DNA of 64,000 nucleotides from Nitrospira sp. (lineage in GTDB: Bacteria > Nitrospirota > Nitrospiria > Nitrospirales > Nitrospiraceae): positions 140,858 through 204,857 of the forward strand of contig JAFEBH010000025.1 in assembly GCA_018242765.1 (NCBI GenBank), written 5' to 3'. Below the pieces are notes generated by a model. That model worked only from the letters and a program-made list of their open reading frames with translations. It was not told where the DNA came from and ran no database searches. Positions 44,628-54,707 of this stretch are shown here, piece by piece. Each line of letters opens with the position of its first letter. The stretch's first letter is position 1. The position numbers and the translations under genes were made by a program.

Positions 44628-45830
44628 ATGACTGACAAGAGAGTATTCACGGCGGTCGGCTGCAGCCTACTCAGTATGATCGGCATGGTTCTGCAGGCCG
44701 GCTGCTTGTCACCGGTCAGTTTGACACGAGCCGTGATCGCCTACGACGATGCCATCACCGAATCGCAATCCAAGCAACTGCTGGTGAACATCGCTCGAGC
44801 GCAACACCATCAGCCGATTCACTTCACCGGCGTCTCCAATGTCGCGGCGACGTTCGATTTTCGGTTCACCGCCGGCGCCACACCGGCATTGACCGGTGAT
44901 GCCAGCCGAACGATCCTCCCAGTGATCGGCGGAAGCGTGGCTGAGAATCCCACGATCAGCATCGCCCCGATTGAGGGCGAAGAGTTTACCCAACGCCTCC
45001 TCACGCCGTTCCATGAAGCCAAACTGACCTTGCTCCTGCGGCAAGGAATCGATATCGACCTCCTCCTTCGATTGATGGCCAAGGAAGTCCGAATGAGCCA
45101 TGGCGATGGGACAATCGCCTATCGAAACAATCCGTCCGACAAGGCCAGCTACGAGATGTTCCGACGGGTGGTCCTTCATCTCTCCGCAATTCAAGATCAC
45201 AATAGCCTCTATGTCGAGCCCTTGAATGTGGAACAAAGTTGGACCATTCCAGCGGAATCAGTCACCGCCGAAGGTTTCAAAGCACTCGAACAGGAGTACC
45301 ACGTGTCCTACCATGCCAAGGACAAAACGTTTACGTTACGGAAACAAGTTGAAGTCGGGACATTCATCACGAATTACGATCCGAATCTCCTGTCTCGAGA
45401 CGAGCGGGCCCATTTGCAGCATGAGAATGAACAAGGGCTCCCGCACGATGTGACGTTTGATATTCGACCGGGACACTATGGCGGTGACTGGCCACTCAAG
45501 GGAGACGTTCGGCTACGCAGTTTCAACGCGATGCTGAATTTTCTCGGGCTTTCCATCGCGGAAGAGCCGGAATACCATGTCGAGAAAGACACCCGCACGC
45601 CGGAGGTTGCTGAAAATCCCGTAAAGACGATGGACCTTCTCGTCTTGTCGTCAGCTCCGTCCGAACTCGACCTCGCGATGAAATCTCATGGGAACTACTA
45701 CGCCGTGAATACGACCGGCCCTCAAGCGCGATGGAACCGCGAAGCGTTCAAACTCTTGTCGCAACTGTTTCAGATGACCGTCACGGAAGTCCCGCGGGCC
45801 GGCGTCCCAAGCATTACGATCGCGAAATAG
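44628..45830 (+). CDS. Hypothetical lipoprotein
   Basis: MTDKRVFTAVGCSLLSMIGMVLQAGC lipobox, then about 380 aa with no recognisable family. Confidence 0.55.
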   Translation: MTDKRVFTAVGCSLLSMIGMVLQAGCLSPVSLTRAVIAYDDAITESQSKQLLVNIARAQHHQPIHFTGVSNVAATFDFRFTAGATPALTGDASRTILPVIGGSVAENPTISIAPIEGEEFTQRLLTPFHEAKLTLLLRQGIDIDLLLRLMAKEVRMSHGDGTIAYRNNPSDKASYEMFRRVVLHLSAIQDHNSLYVEPLNVEQSWTIPAESVTAEGFKALEQEYHVSYHAKDKTFTLRKQVEVGTFITNYDPNLLSRDERAHLQHENEQGLPHDVTFDIRPGHYGGDWPLKGDVRLRSFNAMLNFLGLSIAEEPEYHVEKDTRTPEVAENPVKTMDLLVLSSAPSELDLAMKSHGNYYAVNTTGPQARWNREAFKLLSQLFQMTVTEVPRAGVPSITIAK

Positions 45831-46017
45831 TGCGTCACGAATATCGAGGCGTGAAGCAACGCTGAGCTCTCGCAGAGTGCGCAAAAGGCTGTCGAGCAAG
45901 GAGGCCCGCACATACGTTGGTCGTCGTCTTTCGCAAGCGACCGACGTTTCACAAGATACGCTTCACGCCGGTTGAAGCGACGTGAGAACGCCGCTGGCGG
46001 TCTTTTTCCGCGTCCGG

Positions 46018-46404
46018 CTACGCGTCGACCCGATCGAGATTGGGCTTCGGTGGACGGCGACCGATCAGATAGATAATACCGGGGAAAAGCATGGTCGTTC
46101 CCGGGAAAATAATCCGATTTCCCCACCAAGGCAGTTCCCAACCGGATAACTTGAGCTTGAGAAGTCCCAACCCATAGGTGAGCGATATCGACGCCAGGAT
46201 TCCATAGACATAGGCAGGCACCAGCGTCGTGGACTGATCTTCGCTTCGCTGGCGTGAAGCGGCAACAATGCCCTTGAAGAGAAGATACACGGAAAGGATG
46301 AGACAGGCAGTTCCGTAATACACTGCATATTCTTGCATAGCACCGACCTCGTTAATGCCGTTGAACACCCGATCAGCTGCTAATTTATAGCGTATCTTCT
46401 CCAA
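46018..46404 (-). CDS. Small integral membrane protein, hypothetical
   Basis: 128 aa with 3 hydrophobic helices. Confidence 0.4.
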   Translation of the reverse strand: MEKIRYKLAADRVFNGINEVGAMQEYAVYYGTACLILSVYLLFKGIVAASRQRSEDQSTTLVPAYVYGILASISLTYGLGLLKLKLSGWELPWWGNRIIFPGTTMLFPGIIYLIGRRPPKPNLDRVDA

Positions 46405-46558
46405 ACTTGTCGAGCCGGATCCCTGTTATTCCTCGACAAGGATCCTGTCGCTCTGGCCCTTCCGCTTGTTTTTTTTGCCTACTCCCAAGACAATGGCGTC
46501 ACAATGGTCGGAGGATATCCGGATTACCACTTCTCGCTCACGCACAGGAGTATCACGT

Positions 46559-46864
46559 ATGAAAATGTTGGTCATTGTATTCCGTGAATCACTCGTGGAA
46601 CAGATACACGCGTTACTCACTGAGTACGAAGTAGCCGCCTACAGCGAACTGCACAATGTCACCGGGAAAGGCGCGACAGGCTTAACCAGCCAATTCTTTC
46701 TCGCCCCCACGACCAACCGCATGATCTTAACGGCGGTCTCCGACCAGTTGGCCTACCGTCTCATTGATGTATTCACACGTTTCCGATCGGAACAAGAATC
46801 GGCCACAGGCGACAGTATCGTCCCACTCCATGTATTTGTCTTAGCTTGTGAGCAAGTGGTGTAG
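46559..46864 (+). CDS. P-II-fold-like small protein, hypothetical
   Basis: MKMLVIVFRESLVEQIHALLTEYEVAAYSELHNVTGKGATG resembles the GlnB-like beta-alpha-beta start. The call is weak. Confidence 0.35.
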   Translation: MKMLVIVFRESLVEQIHALLTEYEVAAYSELHNVTGKGATGLTSQFFLAPTTNRMILTAVSDQLAYRLIDVFTRFRSEQESATGDSIVPLHVFVLACEQVV

Positions 46865-47009
46865 CTCACCCCGTTGGCCTCATCACACCCACACGCAGAG
46901 AACCCGCTTGGATGGTTGTACGCGTCCTGCCTACACCACGCTCACACACAACGGCCTCCAAGAGGCTCCTCTTGAAGGCCGTGTTGGAACTCGCGGTGGG
47001 AACGCTCGT

Positions 47010-47378
47010 TCAGTGCGTATCTCCCTCCAATGACTCCACGGCTTCTGTCGCATGCTTCTTCGCCTTGTCCCTCTTGGCCTTTGCCCTCTTTTTCATCTCC
47101 TTTCGCTCAGCCTTGAGCGCATCTCTTTTCTCCTTCATCTCCGATCGCATCTGCTCCCGCTTGGCCTTTGCGGCGGCCTTCATCTCGTCTTTCTTTGACT
47201 TAAAACTCTCCCTCATCTGTTCCTGCTCGGCCTTCATCTCGCCTTTGGCTTCGCCGGCCACAGAGCCCATTTCACTCTTCAATTCTGAGCCGAGATTAGT
47301 CAGCTCATCTGCCATCGCCACGACACCAGTTCCAACCGCGAGGGCGAACGCCACTGCCGGTACAACGATGAACCGCAT
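47010..47378 (-). CDS. Secreted Lys/Glu-rich helical protein
   Basis: Signal peptide MRFIVVPAVAFALAVGTGVVAMA followed by KE-rich repeats. Confidence 0.5.
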   Translation of the reverse strand: MRFIVVPAVAFALAVGTGVVAMADELTNLGSELKSEMGSVAGEAKGEMKAEQEQMRESFKSKKDEMKAAAKAKREQMRSEMKEKRDALKAERKEMKKRAKAKRDKAKKHATEAVESLEGDTH

Positions 47379-47958
47379 GAACTACCTCCCCTGAAATAGG
47401 TGACCCGAATATGACCGACGCTGGAAACCAGCGCCCAGTCTACGGCTACCGTGAGACGGGATTTCTGGCAACTGATTTTGTGGTTTTCGACTCGAGCATT
47501 TCGCAGAAATGATAGAACAAGCCGTGCGCACAGACCCGCATACCTACGGCGCCCAGCTGGTTGTCCCCTGGAGGCCGTGCAAGATCATGCGGGTGAGGTG
47601 CGCACGCCCAATGGAGCTACTTACAGCCGCGCACTACGCCCTGATCTGCCACAGCAAATACACCAACCCAACCGCCACTGCCGCGACGACGACAAGATGC
47701 ATGAACATCCTCCTCCCTATCCTTGAGCGTGAAGACCGGTTTGACGCCGGAAACCGGCGTTCGATCTACGGGTATCGCGAGATGAGTTTTCACGCAACGC
47801 ATTTCAAGATTTTCGACGGGACCGCTTCGGTTCGGCCACGAATGCAAAGGGTTTGGCACGACAACCAAACCGGTAGTACCATGCAGACGATGCCGGTCAC
47901 ACCATGTTGTCATCACCGAACTCAGCGCTCACACCGCCGACGACATGCCTCGCCGTCG

Positions 47959-48450
47959 ATGCGCGGCACCATCACGTCAGGCAGATTCGTTATCGGCTTA
48001 CTGGCGTGGATCCTCACTGCATCGGGACTCCAGCACGATCCTGCCATAGCCGATCAACCGCCCCCTGTCGGGCTATGGCACAACAGCGACGACCGGACAG
48101 CCGCGCACGGAAATTTGCATTACCGAGCAGGAGGGGGTGCTCACTGGACATCTTGAGCGCAGCCTGTCACCTGATCCCTCGAAGGAAGAGACTCATTGCA
48201 GAAAATACACGGATGACCGGAAAGATCAGCTCCTCAAGGGCATGGAAATCATCAGAGGGGTTCGTCCGGCGCAAGACCCGTGGTGGGAAGGAGGCCGTAT
48301 CTTTGATCCGGATAACGGGAACACCACTTCCTGCGGTTGCGTCTCACCGATGACAATCGTTCGCCGGTGGTTCGTGGCGATATCGGCCCATTCTCTCGCA
48401 CACAAACCTGGTACCGAGTTCATAATGGAGGAGGAGGTTCGGTCAAGTAA
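47959..48450 (+). pseudogene. DUF2147-family secreted protein interrupted by two compensating frameshifts
   Basis: The signal peptide plus VGLWHNSD is in frame 1. TGQPRTEICITEQEGVLTGHLE...GGRIFDPDNGNTTSCG is in frame 2. LRLTDDNRSPVVRGDIGPFSRTQTWYRV is back in frame 1. The shifts occur near 48090 and 48338. Confidence 0.6.
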
Positions 48451-49043
48451 GTCTATCAGCACTGAGGCGACGCCGGTGCCGCTGTAGGATTCGGTTCAAG
48501 GTTTGAAACATCTGCTTCGAAGAGAATTTCGGAGGTATTATTTGTGATTGTTCTTACTCTGTAGCCTTCCCAAGCGCATGGCGACGAGGTCTTTCCTGGA
48601 AAGATCATCCTTGGTACCTCGGGTAATCGTATCGCCTCCTCCACAACCATCTTTCCCGCCGTCGTGTCCGGAGGATGTGCCATTGATGTGTTGAGTCCCA
48701 TCACTACTGCACAGCATTTGTTCGACATTCAGAATATTGTTCTCGTGTATCATTTCTATTGCGGGGACACGACTTTTACAACGGATCGTCTCATTGAAGC
48801 GTCTAAGCAAGAGCAGGAAGCGAATAGTTCAGAGCTGTACGATCGACACAATGTCTGTATCAAGAATTATGAGACATTGCCTTCATCAAGACACGGCCCT
48901 TATCCGTCGCCATATCGGCACCCTACGCACGCAAACATCTATGGCTATTTCTACAGTGATACGGACCGGATGACGATGTGGGTTTGATCAGGCGGTTGTC
49001 GTAAGCCACCTGCCCAAGTGGTTTACGACAACCAGTTCACTTT

Positions 49044-49946
49044 TCATCGTTTCACCAATTCGACCCTCCGGTTCTTCGCTCGGCCTTCTTCTGTACGATT
49101 GTCCGCGACTGGCTGTTCCATGCCGAATCCTGCTGCCGTCAGTCGTGTTGCGTCGACGCCTTGCGCCACCACAGCCTTCATCACAGCGCGGGCGCGGTCT
49201 TCTGACAGTTTTTTGTTCGACTTCGCATCGCCGATTTTATCAGTATGGCCTTCTATCGAAATCTTGAAATCAGGATTTGCCTTCAGCATGGAGGCGATCT
49301 CTTTAATCATTCCCTGTGCATCCGACTTGAGATCGGACTTGGCGGTATCAAAATTGATATAGAGAGTGGCGAACCCCTGCTTCTTGATTTGTGCAGCTAA
49401 CTGACCGGCCGTCACCGTCTGTTGCAGCATAGCCGGCTCGATGATGGCTAAGCGGTACCCGGAGGCGCTGATAATATTGAGAGCAACCCACGTCGTCGCA
49501 CCGTCTTTCTCGATCCGGAACACATGGCGCCCAAAAGTATACTTGGTTAGATTGACGCGCACACCTCCTAACGACTGAATGGCGTTTTCGTAGTTGCGAA
49601 GAATGGCCAATTCCCCCACATCCTTGATTGCCGAATAGTCTAGCTCGGTCACACGTCCTTCAGTCTGAAAGGTGGAGTTTTGAATCGCGTCGGACTTGCA
49701 GCCGTTTGATCCGCAATCAATCGGCCCATCTTGGAAACGGTCGAAGTCGACGCTCTTTTTCCCTCGTATCTCGAAGTCGGCCATGCCGCTCAATAGAGGA
49801 TGATCTGTCTCAGCTGCCTGCAATGGAACGGTGCTGAGCAAGACTACGACGGTCCACCATAGCAACCCGTAATGCCCAATGATCCGATATGATACGCGGT
49901 GCATGTCCATCTCCCCTCTGATATTTTCAACGACCACTCTGGACAC
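49044..49946 (-). CDS. OmpA-family (OmpA_C-like) protein
   Basis: The C-terminus is ISIEGHTDKIGDAKSNKKLSEDRARAVMKAVVAQGVDATRLTAAGFGMEQPVADNRTEEGRAKNRRVELV. Confidence 0.8.
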   Translation of the reverse strand: MSRVVVENIRGEMDMHRVSYRIIGHYGLLWWTVVVLLSTVPLQAAETDHPLLSGMADFEIRGKKSVDFDRFQDGPIDCGSNGCKSDAIQNSTFQTEGRVTELDYSAIKDVGELAILRNYENAIQSLGGVRVNLTKYTFGRHVFRIEKDGATTWVALNIISASGYRLAIIEPAMLQQTVTAGQLAAQIKKQGFATLYINFDTAKSDLKSDAQGMIKEIASMLKANPDFKISIEGHTDKIGDAKSNKKLSEDRARAVMKAVVAQGVDATRLTAAGFGMEQPVADNRTEEGRAKNRRVELVKR

Positions 49947-50036
49947 CGTTCGTTAGGGAATGCGTCCGCGAATGGTATCTGTCTCCCCTTGAATCGTATG
50001 GTTTGATTAATTATCATTCAGCAGTATAATCACTGC

Positions 50037-50387
50037 ATGTACAAGAGCGCGGCATGCCTCATTCTAATAGCAATCGGAAGCGTCTCGCCAAGTCTATCGC
50101 TTGCCGATGAGGAGATACCATCTCCACAGCCCAGCGCGAAGGACCGGTTACAGCAAGTGCTGAATGAAGAAGGGGGCACAACCGTCTACATGGATGCTGC
50201 CGGAAATATACATAACACAACCAATCTCCCGAACGGCGAACAAATCATCCGGGTACAGCCACCACAAATTCCCGGACTCAATCTTGGTCCCCCGCTGCAA
50301 TTGAAGAATCGGACCCTTCAGCTTTCGCCCACGCCCCCTGTTCCGCCCACGCCCCCTCCGCCAGAGTACCCACAGAGGGCTCGGTAG
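50037..50387 (+). CDS. Small secreted Pro-rich protein
   Basis: Signal peptide and a PTPPVPPTPPPP tail. Confidence 0.45.
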   Translation: MYKSAACLILIAIGSVSPSLSLADEEIPSPQPSAKDRLQQVLNEEGGTTVYMDAAGNIHNTTNLPNGEQIIRVQPPQIPGLNLGPPLQLKNRTLQLSPTPPVPPTPPPPEYPQRAR

Positions 50388-50395
50388 AATTCATC

Positions 50396-50902
50396 TTGAC
50401 GATCCATTCGCCTGCGCGGCATACTCAGCAGTTCATGCATGCCATTGCCGTCATCATCCTTCTGGCGACTCTTGTGCTCCCCGTTGGGTCTAGCATGGCG
50501 TTCCCACCGGCCGGCACGAAAGACCTATCTACGCTTCAGGCTCAGGCCAATCAGGGAAATGCGGAGGCACAGAACGGCCTCGGGGAGCTGTATGCCAAAG
50601 GGAAAGGAATGCCACAGGACCATGCCCAAGCGCGAACCTGGTATGAGAAGGCCGCAGCACAGGGTCATCCGATGGCACAAAACAACCTCGCGGAGCTCTA
50701 TTTCGCAGGGCTCGGCGGTCCTCAAGACCTTGTGCGGGCCTATATGTGGGTGAATCTTGCAGCCTCACATATGCAGGGTGACGAAAAGAAGCAAGCGGAA
50801 GAAAATCGTGATGATGTCGCCCAGCGCATGACTCCCGCACAAATCACAGAAGCCAAGAGGCTTTCACAACAGTGCCAGGCCAACCAGTTTAAGGGTTGCT
50901 GA
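50396..50902 (+). CDS. Sel1-like repeat (SLR/TPR) protein
   Basis: AEAQNGLGELYAKGKGMPQDHAQARTWYEKAAAQGHPMAQNNLAELYFAGLGGPQD. The likely start is the Met at 50435, before the signal peptide. Confidence 0.8.
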   Translation: MTIHSPARHTQQFMHAIAVIILLATLVLPVGSSMAFPPAGTKDLSTLQAQANQGNAEAQNGLGELYAKGKGMPQDHAQARTWYEKAAAQGHPMAQNNLAELYFAGLGGPQDLVRAYMWVNLAASHMQGDEKKQAEENRDDVAQRMTPAQITEAKRLSQQCQANQFKGC

Positions 50903-51025
50903 GAGCTACTCGCATTTCCCAGCACTCACTGGCATCTATCCTTCCAATCCCATACTTCAGGTCAAACCTCTCGGCATCGCGAAAATGGCAACCAGGTGAT
51001 TGCGTACAAATGGTAGCTAAGGGAG

Positions 51026-52108
51026 TTACGAGACGTGGGAAACGCGGGTGTTGCCATGCATCCGACTGAAGACGTCCCAGTCGAACTGCTTCGGCATAAC
51101 TGCGTGGAGTGGAATCGGACTGATTGATCCCCGTTCACGATAGGCCAAGAGACAGCCGACAATCTCTTCAGGCGATTCGATCAGCCGGTGCACAACTTCA
51201 TAGGCAAGATGCTGAGCAATTGCTTTGTCCTCGGGTATCGGCCGGGCACCCCGAAGCGTATGGCCAAGAATAGTGGCTTTGGTGGCTGGCGTGAGTGGAT
51301 AGTGATCCGACCGCGCCTGCCGTTCCGGCCATTGGGCGATCACACTGGCCACGTAATCAACGAGACCATGGACTCCGCCGTCCTTATGGTGCCGATGCGG
51401 TGTACGCTCGGCGACGACGAATAGGTGACTCTTGTTCGGCACACCCAATGTCCGCTTGAGCGTGCCCAGAATGATCTCATCAATATAGGCGTTGGGGTCT
51501 GGATGTTCATTGACCAACAAGCCCTCGGCTCGAGCTTGGTACGCGCATGCCAGCGCAAGATGCCCTGAGCCGGCGCCCATGATCTCCACAAAAAACACAC
51601 TTCCCATCGCCGCGCTGGTGGCTTTGAGAGATTCAATGGACTGATCCGCCAGTGTCACTGCGGACTGAAACCCGAGAGAGATTGTTCCTTCAAGATTGTT
51701 GTCAATGCTGCCGGGAATGCCAACCACCTGCACGCCGAATTCTTCGTAAATGGCACGAGCTCCTCGCATGCTGCCGTCGCCTCCAAGCACAATCAGTGCG
51801 CCATCTCGCACGTAAGGCTCCAGGTGGCGCATGGCTACGTGCTGCACCATCTCCTGTTTGAACTCTTCGAAACGGCTACTGCCGATGGGGCTGCTGGGAT
51901 GGCTGCCCATGCCGCGAGTATGTTCTTCGGTAACACGTTCGATCCAATTATTGGCCAGACCCAGATAGCCGTGCCGAACGAAATAAACCTCCAACCCCAT
52001 GCGTTGGCCGGTCACATGCAATTCTTTTAGGGCAGCGCCGGCGCCGGCAAAATCCCCTCCGGACACGAGGGCCACAATCCGCTTGAGTCCTCTGGGCTTG
52101 AGTGTCAC
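51026..52108 (-). CDS. Phosphofructokinase-family protein (divergent)
   Basis: RIVALVSGGDFAG...LIVLGGDGS...GIPGSIDNN...FFVEIMGAGSGHLAL. The likely GTG start at 52108 overlaps the upstream stop (GTGA). The track ORF extends to 52201. Confidence 0.75.
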   Translation of the reverse strand: MTLKPRGLKRIVALVSGGDFAGAGAALKELHVTGQRMGLEVYFVRHGYLGLANNWIERVTEEHTRGMGSHPSSPIGSSRFEEFKQEMVQHVAMRHLEPYVRDGALIVLGGDGSMRGARAIYEEFGVQVVGIPGSIDNNLEGTISLGFQSAVTLADQSIESLKATSAAMGSVFFVEIMGAGSGHLALACAYQARAEGLLVNEHPDPNAYIDEIILGTLKRTLGVPNKSHLFVVAERTPHRHHKDGGVHGLVDYVASVIAQWPERQARSDHYPLTPATKATILGHTLRGARPIPEDKAIAQHLAYEVVHRLIESPEEIVGCLLAYRERGSISPIPLHAVMPKQFDWDVFSRMHGNTRVSHVS

Positions 52109-53334
52109 GCGGTCTTTCCTCGCGCGCTCCACCGTGACCCATGTATTGCGCACAACTCGTTCCCGCTCGGACAGGCCGACTGCTGTTGAGTAGCCAGACA
52201 TCCGTCCCTGTTCGACCGTGAGCAGTACGACATTGTCTTGGCTTTCCTTGTAGTCGCTGAACTCACTGAGGCTTCATGGAATGGGCGTTGGTCCAAATAG
52301 ATCATCAAAGCCCGCAATGTGGAACTGTGGGTATAGAGGCAAGCCACTTTTCCCTTTTGTATGACGCCTAATCGATGGAGGCCATCGATGACATCGACAT
52401 AGAGGTCGAAGAAGGAGTTACCATCCGGATAACAATACAGCGGATCTTTCATCAGCCGCTTGGCTGTGGATGTCTCGACGCCGAACGCACGTGCCGCTTC
52501 TTCGACTTCAAGGGACTTCTCCAATCCCGTGACCCAACCGAAATCCGACGATTCGAGAGCCGACTCGGCAATCGGTTCAGATGCGAACGTACCTTGCAGC
52601 AGCGCCGCAGATACCTGTTCGTACAGCTGCCTGGTATTTGGGCTACGACTGATGCAATGCAGAAACGTACGCGGATCGAGGTAGTTGGTGAGATGCAAGA
52701 AATCGAGCTGCTGCCCCACAACACCGATCATGCGAGCGAGCGCCGACCCCACTGCATCGGCTTTGGCAATACCTCGTTCACGGTCCAATTGATTCGGCAA
52801 GCGGCACCCGACGCGATGGGTCTTGCTATCAACTTGCGACACCCCATGGCGCATCGTGAAGAACAGTGTTCGGTCACCAAGATCCCGAGGCAACAACCAA
52901 AACCGGTCGTTGCCCAGTTCCAACACAATACGACTCTCCGCCAGCGCAGGGGTGAGCTGCGCGCGGGGCACGATGGCAACCGGACGCCGATAAGTCGGTT
53001 TGGCGACCGCCCCGATCGTGGCCCGGAGTAAGTGCTGCAGCGAACCTTCGGCAAGGAGTGCGTTCCAGGCGGCAAAGAACACAAGCTGGTCATCGATGAG
53101 GCGTTCCCGAGCCGACCGGTACTCTTCAGCGGTTGCAAACCCGGACTTGGAGCGTTCGACGAACGAGCGGAGTTGCTCCATCTTAACTTGGACGCGATCA
53201 GCATCATCGCTGGACGCTTCTCTTAGCGTGGGTTGGACGAGTCCCCGTTCCGACGCTCGTTGAGCAAGGGCGCGACCATAGGCAAGGAGTCCTTCAATGG
53301 AGACGAAATCCAGTGAGTTGCTCATGGTTTCCAA
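52105..53334 (-). CDS. Histidine phosphatase superfamily protein with an unknown N-terminal domain of about 150 aa
   Basis: FFTMRHGVSQ (RHG motif), CISRSPNTRQL and LYTHSSTLRAL (second His). Confidence 0.6.
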   Translation of the reverse strand: METMSNSLDFVSIEGLLAYGRALAQRASERGLVQPTLREASSDDADRVQVKMEQLRSFVERSKSGFATAEEYRSARERLIDDQLVFFAAWNALLAEGSLQHLLRATIGAVAKPTYRRPVAIVPRAQLTPALAESRIVLELGNDRFWLLPRDLGDRTLFFTMRHGVSQVDSKTHRVGCRLPNQLDRERGIAKADAVGSALARMIGVVGQQLDFLHLTNYLDPRTFLHCISRSPNTRQLYEQVSAALLQGTFASEPIAESALESSDFGWVTGLEKSLEVEEAARAFGVETSTAKRLMKDPLYCYPDGNSFFDLYVDVIDGLHRLGVIQKGKVACLYTHSSTLRALMIYLDQRPFHEASVSSATTRKAKTMSYCSRSNRDGCLATQQQSACPSGNELCAIHGSRWSARGKTA

Positions 53335-53719
53335 TCATAGGCCAACGCATACCCCTCAGCAAGGGAGGAAAAATGATGGGACATAAAATTTATGCCAATG
53401 AGGGATGAGGCCGGAAACTCGTGAGACAGAGCGAGCTCAAGGTCCTATCGGCCCGGCGATGCCGACACAGATCATACTCGACCACTGTAATCCATCACCT
53501 GTGAAGTGGCGATTCGAAACACACTGCTATGACCCACCAGGCTGTCAACGTTACAAACCGGGGCGTCCCTATCACGATTCCGGGCGAAGAGGCGACATGG
53601 TGTGTATCGATGATGACATAGAGCGAGCGGCGCAAGAAGATCGAGGTCGCCTCTCAGAAGTGTGATTGCAAGACCCAACCCCGTGGCTTGAACTATAGCC
53701 GCACTGCGTGAGACCCATT

Positions 53720-54301
53720 CTAGAGGGATGCTTCAATCTCATCTCGAAGGCTTGCGAATGTTACAGTTTTGCCTCTGAAACGGACACGTTGATGAGGAAT
53801 ATTGCACATAAACCATTTTCTGGATTCAAAGCGAAGGAGAGTTTTCCACACTGTGTCAAATACCTTTAGTAAATCCCTGCGATCTATTCGTGTCGGAATA
53901 ACTGATAGGTTCAGCGCCTTTGTTCGTCGCGCAAGAGGATCGACACGACTTCTGTACTTTGTGTCTCCGTATGCCTGGTGAAGGATTGCATCTTTCAGTA
54001 CCATTGGTACTGGGCCACCCCATTCATATTTGATCTCCCAAAGATGAGCGTGCATTAGAATATCACGCAGTACATAAACGTCATGTAGAGCTTCCCTATG
54101 CCGAAGCCTTGGAAAAACAGATAAGACGATATCAACAGCATTTCGCTTTAAAACAGGCTCTGGCTTTGGGCAAGTGTCGCGCAGACGAGACACGTAGGAT
54201 TCGAACATCGCGACAAGTAATATGACCCCAGATGCACAATAACCGCATTCATGATGTGTCGATTGAATACGGCTAGGACGGGCATGCTTACGCAGTATCA
54301 A
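53720..54301 (-). CDS. Hypothetical protein with an R-x4-H (HEPN-like) motif
   Basis: 193 aa from a TTG start, in a locally AT-rich patch. Contains VLRDILMHAHLW. The upstream in-frame sequence is open but has no start codon. Confidence 0.35.
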   Translation of the reverse strand: MILRKHARPSRIQSTHHECGYCASGVILLVAMFESYVSRLRDTCPKPEPVLKRNAVDIVLSVFPRLRHREALHDVYVLRDILMHAHLWEIKYEWGGPVPMVLKDAILHQAYGDTKYRSRVDPLARRTKALNLSVIPTRIDRRDLLKVFDTVWKTLLRFESRKWFMCNIPHQRVRFRGKTVTFASLRDEIEASL

Positions 54302-54462
54302 TCGATCAATTAGATCAGCGGTTGCAGATATGCTGACCCGATAATGGTAATCAGATCATCCTGGATTCGTGGCATTTTGCCGCTCCTGATTCCTTGGATA
54401 CAGTCGTAGCCAGAGTGGACCCGACCTGCGGGTGGCGCTCCTCGGCAATCGTAGCTTCTGGA

Positions 54463-54660
54463 CTAACGCTTGGTCGGGCAGCCACTGGAAGGAGGGACGG
54501 GGGTTGGAGAACACCCCGCTTTCAGCTTCACCCCTAAAGCCCTGATGACGTGTAGGATCGTATCAACGGTTGGGCTCCGTTCGCCAGACAAGGTTTTGTG
54601 CCGTCTTTCACGAGGCAGTGCCATATCCCACGCCAAAACATCGCAAAGGGCCGTCATCAC
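54463..54660 (-). CDS. XRE/HigA-like HTH fragment
   Basis: LSGERSPTVDTILHVIRALGVKLKA resembles the C-terminal half of an XRE-family HTH. The N-terminal helices are not recognisable. Confidence 0.3.
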   Translation of the reverse strand: MMTALCDVLAWDMALPRERRHKTLSGERSPTVDTILHVIRALGVKLKAGCSPTPVPPSSGCPTKR

Positions 54661-54707
54661 TTCCCCAACAGAGATTCACTCACGCGACTCTGGATGGGGC
54701 CATGATT

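Noticed and set aside
47509-47958. N-terminal part of the 215-aa ORF 47509-48156 as a real extension of the DUF2147 gene.
   Set aside because: The translation (Arg/His/Thr-rich, with no signal peptide or motif) looks non-coding. The family-typical signal peptide starts at the internal Met at 47959.
48456-49040. Overlapping small ORFs on both strands in the AT-rich gap upstream of the OmpA-like gene.
   Set aside because: The frames are mutually exclusive and none has a recognisable motif or a convincing RBS. Coding status cannot be decided from the sequence alone.
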